Both the position numbers and the translations under genes were made by a program. From Octopus sinensis (taxonomy: Eukaryota): a stretch of 64,000 bases of DNA. The DNA lies in the NCBI RefSeq assembly GCF_006345805.1, contig NC_043001.1, positions 117,180,001 to 117,244,000 of the forward strand, written 5' to 3'. Positions 1-12,616 of this stretch are shown here, in pieces. Under the pieces are notes generated by a model. That model had not been told where the DNA came from. It made no database searches and was given only the letters and a program-made list of their open reading frames with translations. How positions within the stretch are numbered: the stretch's first letter is position 1; every line of letters begins with the position of its first letter.

Positions 1-560
1 ATCACCACCACCCCAACCACCAACAACACAACAACACACCAACCAAACCACCACCACACCACCACCACCACCACCCACACACAACAACAACAACAACACC
101 GCCAACACCACCACCCCACACCACCACCACCACCAACACCACCACCACCACCACCACCACCACCACCCACCACCCACCACCCAACCCACACCACCACCAC
201 CACCCCCACCACCACCACCACCACCACCAACACCACAACAACAACAACACCAACAACAACAACAACAACACCCACAACCACACCACCGACCACCACCAAC
301 ACCCGCCACCCCACACACCCACCACCCACCACCCACCACCCCACCACCACCACCCCACCACCAACAACACAACAACAACAACAACAACAACAACACCACC
401 ACCACACACCAACACCCGCCACCACCACCACCCCCCACCCACCACCCACCACCACCACCACACCACCACCACCACAACAACAACAACAACCACAACAACA
501 ACAACAACACCAACAACACCCGCCCCCACCACCCGCACCCACCACCACCACCACCACACA
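1..560. repeat. Degenerate (CCA/CAA)n low-complexity tract
   Basis: Almost only C and A, in CCA/CAA triplets; the 185-aa W/V/G ORF is a by-product. Confidence 0.9.
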
Positions 561-795
561 CCACCAACGACGACGACGACAACCTGAAAAACAATGAGAA
601 GAACAAAACAAGTGTAGTGACACCACCATCGGCGGCAGTAGTAACAACAACAACATCACACGTAGCAGCCTCTGCAGCCTCTGCAGCATCGTTCCCACCA
701 CCAGTAACAACGTCAACAACAAGTGCAGCAAAACCACAACCAACAAGTGCAGCGACCTCGTCATCACCACCACCACCAGCAACTGCAACAAGTGC

Positions 796-797
796 TG

Positions 798-835
<38 letters not shown>

Positions 836-887
836 TACTACTACTACTTGCTGCTGCTGCTACTGCTGCTGCTGCTGCTGGCTGCTG

Positions 888-929
<42 letters not shown>

Positions 930-940
930 TCAACAACAAC
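796..940. repeat. Compound (CTA)n/(CTG)n/(CTA)n microsatellite
   Basis: Direct reading of triplet runs. Confidence 0.9.
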
Positions 941-1089
941 AATAAAAAAGCAATAACAATATTGTCAATTTTTTATGTAACAATAACATGGGTTTTGAGG
1001 AAGATATGGTTGCAATTTCTAGCCGATCTTACGACCACATAGTGGATCCCTTGTTGTCTGAAATCGCAGAAGGGATCACTGCATCGTAA

Positions 1090-1400
1090 CAATAACAACA
1101 ATGATGACAGCCAGAGGTCGGAGCCTGTCTGTGAATGACCTTCTGGCGGCAATCAATCGTTTAACCTTTTCTGGATGCAGTCTAGGATCTTGTGTGTCCA
1201 GCAACACTATTGTCCCAGATGTGGAAGCAACACTCCACAGAGGATCTCATCTGAACTTTGAAGAGTTTTTAGTAATATCAATACAAAATGTCATACTTTT
1301 GCTTTTCTTTGCAGCAAATTTAATTCCTTATACTTTATATATTTCTTATTTGCTGACCAAGACCATCGCTGGAGTTCTACTATTTTTCTTTGATACCACA
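1090..1400 (-). mobile_element. Decayed L2/CR1-group LINE, RT C-terminal fragment
   Basis: Minus-strand translation across frameshifts gives LFKVQMRSSVECCFHIWD...ILDCIQKR...FTDRLRPL, resembling the LYKAQIRPxMEYCSHIW...LDRIQKRA motif of L2/Crack-type LINEs. Confidence 0.5.
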
Positions 1401-1847
1401 AAGTTACTCCGATATACACATTTCTAAGACTCTATAGATGAGGATGAAGAATATTTGTAGCACTATAGGCGAATTACAAATGCATAAGTTGAAGAGACAC
1501 GGCTATGTTGAGAAAAATAAGTGCTTTTTAATTTTACAAATTCATTGGCGTGTAACTTAAATTATCCCTTTGGTCTGAAGAGATGTTTTGATTTTTTACG
1601 CATGAACTTTTGAAGTCAGTAGACGGTTTTAAATTTGAATACGGACCGATATGATGGGTTCCTCAACTCTACTTTATTGAGACGGAAGATTGTGGATCTT
1701 TTCGTATCGAAGAACGAAGAATCTTATTATAAAATAGTATAATGAAATGATCGAATATTAAATGTTCATTCTGATTGAACTAGTATATATATATATAAAG
1801 ATTTATGATTCTAATGGTCACTAATTAACTGACTTTTACTTTTATAT

Positions 1848-1881
<34 letters not shown>

Positions 1882-1909
1882 GAGTTACAGAATGGAGTAG
1901 ATAAGATCC

Positions 1910-1995
1910 GGATTACATATGTTTCAAAGCGAGCGTACCCTCAGAAGTGGTAAAAATCCAAGCGAGGAGTATACCGCCGGCTACTCTTCAGGACA
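1910..1995 (-). ncRNA. Degenerate type-I hammerhead ribozyme motif (left arm)
   Basis: Minus strand: CTGAAGA GTAGC...GCTTT GAAA CATATG TA ATCC; stems I and II imperfect. Confidence 0.45.
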
Positions 1996-2026
1996 ACGAT
2001 ATCTCCTTTAATTTATCAAGATATTC

Positions 2027-2113
2027 TTGGTCTGAAGAGTAACCGATGGTATACTCCTCGCTTGGATTTTTACCACTTCTGAGGTTCCGCTCGCTATGAA
2101 ACATATGTAATCC
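2027..2113 (+). ncRNA. Type-I hammerhead ribozyme motif (right arm)
   Basis: CTGAAGA (2032-2038), long stem II, GAAA (2098-2101), palindromic CATATG, GUA cleavage triplet; weak stem I. Confidence 0.55.
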
Positions 2114-2814
2114 GAATCTTATCTACTCCCTTCTGTAACTCTTATATATGGTAATTTAAATTCAAATCCATAGGCCAATCATAGTTTAGTGCTAGATTCG
2201 TATTTATTTCTGAAAGTAATAGTGTATTTCTGTCACATTGGAAATTATAAATCTGAACTCAGAATTACATATGTGCGCCAATGGATCTTAATGTCGTGTA
2301 AACAGAATGCTTTCGTTTCATATTTCGTATGTATATGCAGATATTTAACACTTTGCATAGTATTGTAGTACTACTGTAACTATATTGATAATAATGGAAT
2401 CTATATATTGTTTTTCTAGTATTAGCGTTATCAATAATAATACGAATGATGATATTGGTAGCATTAGTGGTAATGACAATGATAATGATGCTAACATTAA
2501 TGACATTTTGGAAATTCTTATGAATTAATATAATGTACTCTTGACTCTGTATATCTGCATTTAGGTATTAATATGTGTACGTTTTTCTACATTTTAATTA
2601 TCACAATATTAAGCTGAAAAACTGTAACGTTGAATGTGGAACATATATATGTTTATTGATCTATATTATTTATATTATTTATATCATTATGTATATGTAT
2701 ATTTATATGTATAGGAGTGTGAGTATATGCACTCATATGTATATGTATATGTTTTATTATGGGTATGTACCCACACCTATATAAATGTGTATGTAATCTG
2801 ATTTGCATCACATA

Positions 2815-2904
2815 ATCTCCGAAGAGGCCTTAGGATATTTTTCTAAATGTCTCATTTATAACTACGAGACATACTTATATGCATAGCCGAAACAGCTGTA
2901 AGAT
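2815..2904 (+). ncRNA. Type-I hammerhead ribozyme motif with U4C core change
   Basis: ATCT CCGAAGA GGC...GCC GAAA CAGCTG TA AGAT: all three stems pair, core CUGA changed to CCGA. Confidence 0.65.
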
Positions 2905-3169
2905 GTAGTCTATATCTATACTTATATTTACTTATTTTTATATTATCTTATACATATTGTACTTACTGTATAACATTACTCCTTTATGTACACTCCTTTA
3001 TATACACTATTTTGTTCTACTTTATTATGTTTGTCCTTACAGTTTCTTATGTGGTGGTTTAATAAAGTATGTGATTGGGTATTATCTGGTAATCGATATT
3101 TGATTTAGATGTATTTCTCCATTTTCTTATTTTGTATATATATACATACACACACACACCACACACACA

Positions 3170-3235
<66 letters not shown>

Positions 3236-3320
3236 TTAGAGACAAAACCACTATTTTGCAAAACAAACAAGGAAAGACTAATCAATACATAAAATTTTAA
3301 TAAATAGTCAAAAAAAACCG

Positions 3321-3363
3321 CCACTACAATTGTTTCTTGTCTTGATCGACAATCTTCAGGTGG
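3321..3363 (-). ncRNA. Intact minimal type-I hammerhead ribozyme
   Basis: Minus strand: CCAC CTGAAGA TTGTC GATCAA GACAA GAAA CAATTG TA GTGG. 4-bp stem I, 5-bp stem II, palindromic stem III, GUA site. Confidence 0.85.
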
Positions 3364-3379
3364 ACTTCCAATCTAAAAT

Positions 3380-5450
3380 ATCAATATTTTAAAAATAAAA
3401 ATAATAATTTTAAAATAATTAAAGTATGAATGAAAAAATATAAATATATAATCCATATATATAACCTATATATAATCCATATATAATCAATATATAAACA
3501 ATATATAAACTAAAATAAACCTATCAACAATTAATATAAAATATAAAAATATAAAATATAAAATATAAAACAAAACAAAATAATAATAATATAATAATAA
3601 ACTATATATACACCCATACACATATACTAATTATATATAACCATATCTAACTACATCCACTACAATCACACACCCTATTATATATCCCTATACATACACA
3701 TAAAAACGTCTAGGCACTATAAATAAATAAAATAGCTAAATACTTCAACACAATACTTATTCATACTCCCACACACACACACATACACCCACATTCACGC
3801 TCTAGAAAACGTCATCACTTAAAATTATGAACGGAGAAATGGAATAAATGGAATTAAAAATTATATTCACTTGGTAAAACGAACACTACTTAAAAATTAT
3901 GAATGAAACAATGCAATAAAACAACAGACATCGCAAATAGACACAAATTACTACGAATTCCTTAACAAACCTACCATGATAAACCAAAACTCATAAAACA
4001 TATAATGATAAAATCTCCCTTTACTAAACTCTATAACATACCTATATAGCAATCCCCCTAACCTAAACATTCACACACAAATACACACACGTAAACCACA
4101 CACCCACGACATATACATACCCACACCACTTACACATACCTATACATACATATAAACCTCAACATATACTCCAAAACCCACTCAACCCACACAGACAATA
4201 ACACAAAAATTATGAATGGATTCTTTTATAAAACTACCATGATAATAAAACTCACAAAACATAAATGATAAAACCTCCCTTTACTAAACACTATAACATA
4301 CTTATATAGCAATCCCTTTAACCTATACATTCACACCACAAATACACACACGTAAACCACACCCATAACAAATACAAACACCCACCCCACTCACACAACA
4401 CCCACAAGTACATATACGCCTCAACATATACACCAAAACAAAATTACTTTACCAAGGAACTTAACATATGTATAAAAAGTATAACCGCTCTGGAAACGAA
4501 CATCTTTTAAATAATGAATGGAGAAATGGAATAAATGGATTAAAAATAATATTCACGTGGCAAAACGAAAACCACTCAAAATTATGAATGAAAACAATGT
4601 AAACAATAAAAAACAACCAACATCGAAAATAGACAAATTACCACGAATTCCCTAAAAAAAACCATGATAAACCAAAACTCTTAAAAACATATAACGATAA
4701 ATCTCCCTTTGCTAAACTCTATAACAAACCTATATAGCAATCCCCCTAACCTAAACATTCACACACAAAAACAACACACGTAAACACAGACCCACGACTT
4801 ATACACATACCTATACTAACTTATAAACCTCAATATACACCAAAAACCCACTCCCTCCCCACACAGACAAATTAACACATACATCCCAAAACCTAAATAA
4901 CAAACCCATATACACATTCACACACAAACACACACACACGCAAAACAACACACACAACAGATACGTATACTCTCCTCACATATACGCATATACATACTCA
5001 CTAAACTCGATATATACAACAATATTTACACACCCACACTCATACAGATAAATAAATTATACAACTAAAAACTCACACACAATCTCATATACATAAACAC
5101 TCCAATAAAAAACATTAAATACATCGTAATTAACCAGAATATCAAAATAACAATATGACATAAGGAGAAATAAAATACATACTTACAAGTCAGTTTCAAA
5201 TTATGAAGTGAAATTAAATTCTTAGCCGTTAAAAAAATCAAACCAAATTACGTTACCATAGAAATATAACTTATGTAAAAAAAGATACGCGCCATGGAAA
5301 GTAAACGTCATTTAAAATTATGAATGGAGAAATAGAATAAATGGAACTAAAAACTATATCCACGTGGCAAACCAACACTACTTAAAAAAATTTTTATGAA
5401 TGGATTCTTTAATAAAACTACCATAATAAATTATTATACAATTATGAGCT
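3380..5450. repeat. G-depleted degenerate tandem duplication block
   Basis: TTATGAATGGAGAAATGGAATAAATGG-like motif near 3825, 4512 and 5318; AAACTACCATGATAAA...CTCCCTTT unit near 3968, 4231 and 4659; copies differ by many indels. Confidence 0.7.
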
Positions 5451-6016
5451 TTAGCTCATCTTAGCAGCTCTAACAAACAACTTGCAGTAACCCAAATCTA
5501 TTCTCGATGCCTGCCTTACTACTACACTATTCCATTCCCAATTCCAAGCAACGCTAGCCCACCACCCGGTTACAATTCCCAACTCCACCCATTCATTCAC
5601 AATTTCAACGACGTTCACCTCCACAGCGCTACATATAAGCCTCAACATATACACCGAGATTCACTTTCACATCCGTGCGGATGGGTGAGATTATACATTG
5701 AGTGTAGTGATGGGGCTCCCATTACTATACACATTTGTACCTGTGTGGTAGTCTCCATGTGTATATTCACGCACGGGTATAAATGCAGGGGTACACGCGC
5801 ACGGCATGTACGTGTACCCCCTCACATGTACATATGCATGCTAGTTGGGCTCGATATGTGCAACAATGTAATCGCGCCCGCATACATGCATATGGGCGAG
5901 TTGCACAATCAAAATACGCACACGTGTGTGTGTGCGTTCCCTGGTTGTGCAATTCACCCATCTGGGTGTGAGTGGGTGTAAGCGTATTGCTGTGGATGTC
6001 GAGCTTGATACGTATG

Positions 6017-6047
<31 letters not shown>

Positions 6048-6072
6048 TCATACATACATACATATATATATA

Positions 6073-6133
<61 letters not shown>

Positions 6134-6273
6134 AGTTCAATCAGAATGAACATTTAATATTCGATCATTTCATTATACTATTTTATAATAAGATTGTAAA
6201 TTAAACGTGGAAATCAGACAAAGCTGGAATTTCTTTCAACAATATATATATATAAGATATATATATACACATA

Positions 6274-6308
<35 letters not shown>

Positions 6309-6313
6309 TATAT

Positions 6314-6350
<37 letters not shown>

Positions 6351-7097
6351 CATATTACATTGTAATACTGTAACAATATTGTTATCACCAGTATTTTTCG
6401 ATTATTCTTTCCATTATAATCTTTGTTTCTGTGCTTTGATGTACTTTTTCTTACTTTTTCTTATTTTAAACGTATCTTTCTCACCTTTCTTATTTTTTTC
6501 TTATTTTTTCCTATTTTCTTTTCTTTTTTATTTTTTTTCTATTTTTTTTTCTTATTTTTTCCTACCCTTTTCCTATCGTTTCTGATATTATTCTTTTCTG
6601 ATTTTACTTTATTTTATTTATTTATTTATATGTTTATTGAGTTTTACATGGGTGTGGTTATGTGTGTGTAATGATACCTATATCCGTACATATCATTAGC
6701 TGTATGAATCAGGTTTATATATGTGCGCGTGGGTAAGTATGTAGACACACACACACACACATACAAGATATACTTAAAACATGTCGCGACAGATTGCTAT
6801 AAACTGACCACTCGCCACAACAATATCAAATTCCATTCGCCCTTCCTCCGGTAATTAGAAGTAATTTATGACGCTTACCACAGCATCAAAACTTTTTAAC
6901 ATCTTATCTCTCTATCTTAATTCTTTTGTCTTTACGATCACTTTGTATCCTTTTATTTTTATTCTTATTTTTGTACATTTTACTTTTTTACAATACATTT
7001 CTAGAATTTATGGCTTTATACCTTACGTTTTTTTATATTTTTATATTTTTATATCTTTATATTTTTTATTATATTTTATTGTATAATAACCATTTAT

Positions 7098-7365
7098 AAC
7101 GATTGCAGCGTGGAAGGTGTTTGTAAGCCATTTAAGAAACACACAAAAGCCGTTCGATTCACTTCAACATTTAAGTTTAATTTGTCAAAATATTTTCGTC
7201 GCAAAAATCCGCGCAGCACGGATTCACGGATTTTTGTCGGTGAACAGGTGCGGTCTTAAAGCGACGAAAATATTTCGACAAATTAAACTTAAATGTTGAA
7301 GTGAATCGAACGGCTTTTGTGTGTTTCTTAAATGGCTTACAAACACCTTCCACGCTGCAATTGTT
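7098..7365. mobile_element. MITE/fold-back element with about 107-bp near-perfect arms
   Basis: AACGATTGCAGCGTGGAAGGTGTTTGTAAGCC... versus ...GGCTTACAAACACCTTCCACGCTGCAATTGTT, short spacer, no ORF. Confidence 0.75.
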
Positions 7366-7784
7366 TTCGTTTCAGCACACGATCTCAGATCAAATCACTT
7401 GCTATGCAGGTACATCTCCGTAACCATTTATATTTATATTTTTACTTGTGATCCCAACATTATTACCGTTTCCTTCTCTTCCCCTCTATTCTTCTTTTTC
7501 CTTTTCTTTCTCTTTTTTCTCAACCTTCAATTCTCCTTGTTTCCTTCCCTTACAAGAGGAATGAACCCACTGTTATTTACTCAGCATTCACTCTATATTG
7601 ACTGATGATACAATATGGACGGATTTTCGAAGTCCAATAATACACTGCACACCTATTTGATTATGAAGATTTACAAACATACTTTCCCAGTGAAACTCAA
7701 TATACCTACCATTATAGATAACACCAAATGTTCCTTTTCGGACTTTTCATAATGTGATACAGGTCTTTGGTGTAGCAATTGTAT

Positions 7785-7876
7785 GCGGCTGAAGAGAGCT
7801 TTAAACCATCTGTTATGTCGATTATACATTGATGTAAGAATAAGTTGTTTTATAAAGCTTGAAACACGTGTACCGC
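7785..7876 (+). ncRNA. Intact type-I hammerhead ribozyme with long stem II loop
   Basis: GCGG CTGAAGA GAGCTTTA...TAAAGCTT GAAA CACGTG TA CCGC. Confidence 0.85.
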
Positions 7877-8115
7877 GACATCCTTTGTGTTCTGTTTTTT
7901 TATTTCATTTGATACATATATCCTCTCACCTCTGCTACTAGCTGGCATATACAGGTGCTTACATTTATTAAGTATTCACCCTGAATTTATTGTACCTTAC
8001 CTGACCTACGTTGTCAATTGGATCAGATCCTATATATATATATAAATGTATACATATATGTATGCATATATATATATATAGATATATATAATATATATAT
8101 ATGGATATATATATG

Positions 8116-8191
<76 letters not shown>

Positions 8192-8222
8192 TCAAATAAG
8201 CAACAAGAATGACTCCGGTAAT

Positions 8223-8303
8223 TTGGCACGATCGTTTCGTACTACATCATTTATTAAATGTTGTATTACAACAGATTTAAGATGCAGAGTACTCATCAGC
8301 CAA
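8223..8303 (-). ncRNA. Type-I hammerhead motif with non-cleavable GUG triplet
   Basis: Minus strand: TTGG CTGATGA GTAC...GTAC GAAA CGATCG TG CCAA. Confidence 0.75.
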
Positions 8304-8386
8304 TTATAGAGGTTTTCCATTAATACAAAAATTTTCAAATCAAGTGGCAACATCATAGAGAAGGTAGATATATAGACAAGATGTGG

Positions 8387-8448
<62 letters not shown>

Positions 8449-8470
8449 TATATATCTATATATATATATA

Positions 8471-8876
8471 CTCTTTATTCTTTTACTTGTTTCAGTCATT
8501 TGACTGCGGTCATGCTAGAGTACCGCCTTTTAGTCGAGCAAATCGATCCCAGGACTTATTCTTTGGAAGCCTAGTACTTATTCTATCGGTTCCTTTCGCT
8601 GAAACGCTAAATTACGGGGACGTAAACTCACCACCATCGGTTGTCAAGCAATGTTGGGGAGGACAAACACAGACACACAAACATATACACACACATACAT
8701 ATACATATATACGACGGGCATTTTTTCAGCTTCCGTCTACTAAATCCACTCACAAGGCTTTGGTCGGCCCTAGACTATAGTAGAAAACGCTTGCCCAAGT
8801 TGCTATGCAATGCGAATGAACCCTGAACCAGGTGGTTGGTAAGCAAGCTACTTACCACACAGCCACTCCTGCGCCT
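8471..8876 (-). mobile_element. tRNA-derived SINE, family A (about 400 bp)
   Basis: Minus-strand head GGCGCAGGAGTGGCTGTGTGG (A box)...GGTTCAG (B box), internal (TA)/(CA) tract, tail ending TGAAACAAGTAAAAG; many near-identical copies in the window. Confidence 0.85.
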
Positions 8877-8983
8877 ATATATATATTACTGAAAGAAATC
8901 CAACCTTGTCTGATTTCCGCGTTTTATTTACAACTTATAAAATAGCATAAGAAACGATCGAATATCAAATCTTCATTCTGATT

Positions 8984-9026
8984 GAACTAGTACTTTCATG
9001 CATTAAACTATGCAATCTTCAGGTTC
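8984..9026 (-). ncRNA. Minimal type-I hammerhead ribozyme motif
   Basis: Minus strand: GAAC CTGAAGA TTGCAT AGTTTA ATGCAT GAAA GTAC TA GTTC; U-U at the base of stem II, CUA site. Confidence 0.75.
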
Positions 9027-9309
9027 ATATAGTAGTGGTGACAGTTATGTTTTACAATTTACAACTGTAGTGAGATGGCTAAAATGTGTGCCTTAAGTAC
9101 ATTTGTATACGCTCCAAAATGTTATGCTTTGTAAACTGTACTCTGATTAATCAGTGTGTGGCTTTAATAAATTAAGTTGATTGGTGTCACGGTATCATGG
9201 TAACCCTGGATACAATGCGCTTCGCGTTATTTCAAATGATGCCACCCGCTTGGAAGGTGGGCAGGCCAACATTCCTCCTGAAGAGAATGACAGTTCGTCG
9301 TAGAGTTAT

Positions 9310-9445
9310 CTAGTTATAAGTGAGTTGTCTGGAGCAACGTGAAATGAAGTGTTTTGCTCAAGAACACAATGCATCGCCTGTCTGGGAATGGAAACTACGA
9401 TCATCCGACCTTGAGAGCAATACCCTAACCACTAGAGTCCGTGTC
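9310..9445 (-). mobile_element. Partial SINE (family C-like)
   Basis: TGAAATGAAGTGTTTTGCTCAAGAACACAA...ACCACTA, similar to 63505-63745 and the reverse of 21398-21645. Confidence 0.65.
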
Positions 9446-9471
9446 TTAACACACAAACACTCACACGCACG

Positions 9472-9541
<70 letters not shown>

Positions 9542-9599
9542 TGCGTATCTGTGAAACACTCAGCTACTTGTATTGTAATTTTACACGCAGAAATTTTCC

Positions 9600-10000
9600 C
9601 AACGTCCAATTAAGTGCTTATCATCGTGGGGATAAAGTTCTCAGGCATCTCCTGTACAGAGTCCTATCGGAAGATTTTCCGGCAGGATTCCAAAGCGTGA
9701 CGAACTGAGACTACAGATATTATCCAATCATCTTGTTCTTGGTCAACCCCTAATTCTTCAATCAGTTGGCTCGACTCGTAGAACTCGTCTTGCGATTTTT
9801 GCCTGTGACATTCTAATCACTTGTTTATAGTATCGGAGCTGCGACCCCTCAATATGGAGAATGTGCCAAGGAATTCACCATACCTGGGGCATTCTTATAG
9901 TTAAGACAACAATATTGCGCGGCTGACCCATTCCAGCTAAGCCAGAAGCTATTTCACGTCACGATTTGACTTAGTCAGAAGTGGTGAGGTAACGACGTTG
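9600..10000 (-). mobile_element. Decayed RTE-clade LINE 3' fragment
   Basis: Minus frame QLRYYKQVIRMSQAKIARRVLRVEPTD*RIRG*PRTR*LDNICSLSSSRFGILPE resembles the RTE C-terminal QLRWxGHVxRM...RPRGRPRTRW motif. Confidence 0.55.
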
Positions 10001-10487
10001 AACTTTTTTCAGTGACGATCAAAACAATTGGAAGAGAGGAAGTTATTCTCAGGCCAGATACGTAGCCAGTAGCCATGCAACAGAGTGGACAACATTAGAG
10101 ACACCCACTGTGACAGGTGGTAGTGCTGTTAAACCGGATGACAGTCTAACACCATTACTCGGTGTTAAACCGTTAAATCTACCACCTAAGAGCAAGAGCA
10201 ATCCTCATTGACAGCTTTCGTTAGCAAAATCTCTTTGATTCAGCTTTTAACAATCTGAGAATATGACGGACGAAAGTTCCCCCAAGGTGCCGAACTCAAA
10301 ACCAGAAAGTTACAAAGCGTTCTTCTTAATCAAATAGTTACGCTTGCATCCAATAATGTCATTTACGTCATTCAGGTATTTGAGAAAGCTACGAACACTG
10401 TAGAAAGCTATGAACACTGTAGAAAGGTAAGAACACTATGTATGAATACCGGCTTAACTCTTGAGTTAATATAAATAATCATGATAA

Positions 10488-10700
10488 GGCGATGAGCTGG
10501 CAGAATCGTTAGCATGCCGAGCAAATTGCTTCGTGGCGTTTTGTTCGTCTTTACGTTCTGAGTTCAAATTTCGCCGAGGTCACCTTTACCTTTCATCCTT
10601 TGGGAGTCGATAAAATAAATACCAGTTGAGCACTGGGGTTGTTGTAATCGACTATCTCTTTACCCGAAATTTCTGGCCTTGTGCCCAAAAATGGAAACCC
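10488..10700 (+). mobile_element. tRNA-derived SINE, family B
   Basis: GGCGATGAGCTGGCAGAATCGTTAG...GAGTTCAAATT...GGGGTTGTTGTAATCGACT. Confidence 0.8.
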
Positions 10701-11383
10701 ATATATATAATCACAATTGCGTCGCTCATCAAACCATTTTCGGTTCCCGAAACCAGTTTCTAGTACTTATGGAACCCATTCGACTCGGTTTCTGTCGCTT
10801 ATTGCTTCTGGGAAAGTCACAAACAAAATAAACATCTGACACAGATTTTCGAATTAATCTAATTTCTTGACTGAAGAAAAATAAAATTAAAAATTAGACA
10901 GTCATAGCCGGAACATCTTGGACACAGTCATAGTAACCTTTTATTTCTTGCGACTATACAGAAGTCTGATATTGTCTCAGATCCATCAAGGCACAAGAAA
11001 CAAGACTATATTTCTTTTGCTATGAACTTCTTTCCATTAAAGTTCAGTTGAAACAACCATCATTGAATGTCTTTGCCAGGACTGGAAAATAAGGAATCAA
11101 AAAACAAAATTAAATATGACAAAGTTAGTTCAAAAATGATTATCTTTTGGAATCAAGCTTTTCATATTGCACGCCAGTAAACACGCGCGCGCGCATACAC
11201 ACGCACGCACACAAACACACACACATACACATACACACACACACACACACGCACACGCACGCGCACACACACACACATGCATATATATATATTTATATAT
11301 AAATTCATTTTTGGTATGAACAGCAAATATTTGCATATGCGTTTGACTTACCTACATACGTGTGCGTGTGTATAATACAAAAT

Positions 11384-11426
<43 letters not shown>

Positions 11427-11565
11427 ATACGTATGCATGCATCTATTGATCTGGACGTGCATAAATATACAGACACATAGGTACACATACATACATACAC
11501 ACACACACATCAAAATGTACATACGTACGTGCCTATATGTATATATATGTACACACACACACACA

Positions 11566-11612
<47 letters not shown>

Positions 11613-12573
11613 CACACTCACACACATGCATTTACTGACAAATATACACGGAAGTATCCTTTTTGTTCCGGAAAGTATTGCTCTGTGGAATTTTAATCCT
11701 ATCAGCTGCATTTTTATATTCCCGGTAAAAAAAAAAAACAAAAAAAAACAAATGAAAGAAAACAAAAATTAGAAAAAGAAAGAAGCAAAATGGCAAAAAC
11801 AATAATAACAACCAAAATCTAATTCACACGACACGAACTTTGCAAGATTCGGCGATCGACTTAAAAAGAAATCTCCAAGAATACCGACCATTAAAACGTG
11901 AACTGTACCATGGAGACTTTTTCCGCATTTTGGATTTACCTGTTTTTTTATGATATTCCACAATATCCCACACATTGCAATCTCTGACGACAAAAATAGC
12001 AAAAGAATCTTTTGTTAAGATACGTGCATACATGCATACATATACATGCATATATATACATGCATACATATACATGCATATATATACATGCATGCATAAT
12101 ACAGACACATATACACATGTATATGTGCATGCATACATACACATACATACATACATACATACATACATACATACATGCATGCATACATACATACATACAT
12201 ACATACATACACACACACACATACATACATGCATACATGCATGCATGCATACATACATACATACATACATACATACATACATACATACATGCATGCATGC
12301 ATACATACATATATACATATATAGATACATACATATATATATACATGCATACATACGCACAAACATACGCACGCACATAAGTAGATACATAGATAGATAG
12401 ATGGACATATGAATACATACTTACGTACATGCATACATACATACATACATACGTACATACATAAGTAGATTTATAAATAGATAGATGAATATATAGGTAG
12501 ATTAATAGATAGTTTATAGTATATATATATATATATATAATATATATATATATACATATATATATATATCCAT

Positions 12574-12616
<43 letters not shown>

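Larger units (their letters stand above)
1881..2142. repeat. 262-bp fold-back (about 124-bp arms) made of two inverted hammerhead-bearing units
   Basis: AGAGTTACAGAATGGAGTAG... versus ...CTACTCCCTTCTGTAACTCT; TA-rich flanks; a single-arm relative at 52449-52575. Confidence 0.9.

Noticed and set aside
2-1042. 185-aa W/V/G ORF and 141-aa ORF with a poly-Leu stretch resembling a membrane or signal segment
   Set aside because: Translations of CCA/CAA/CTA/CTG repeats; no domain content.
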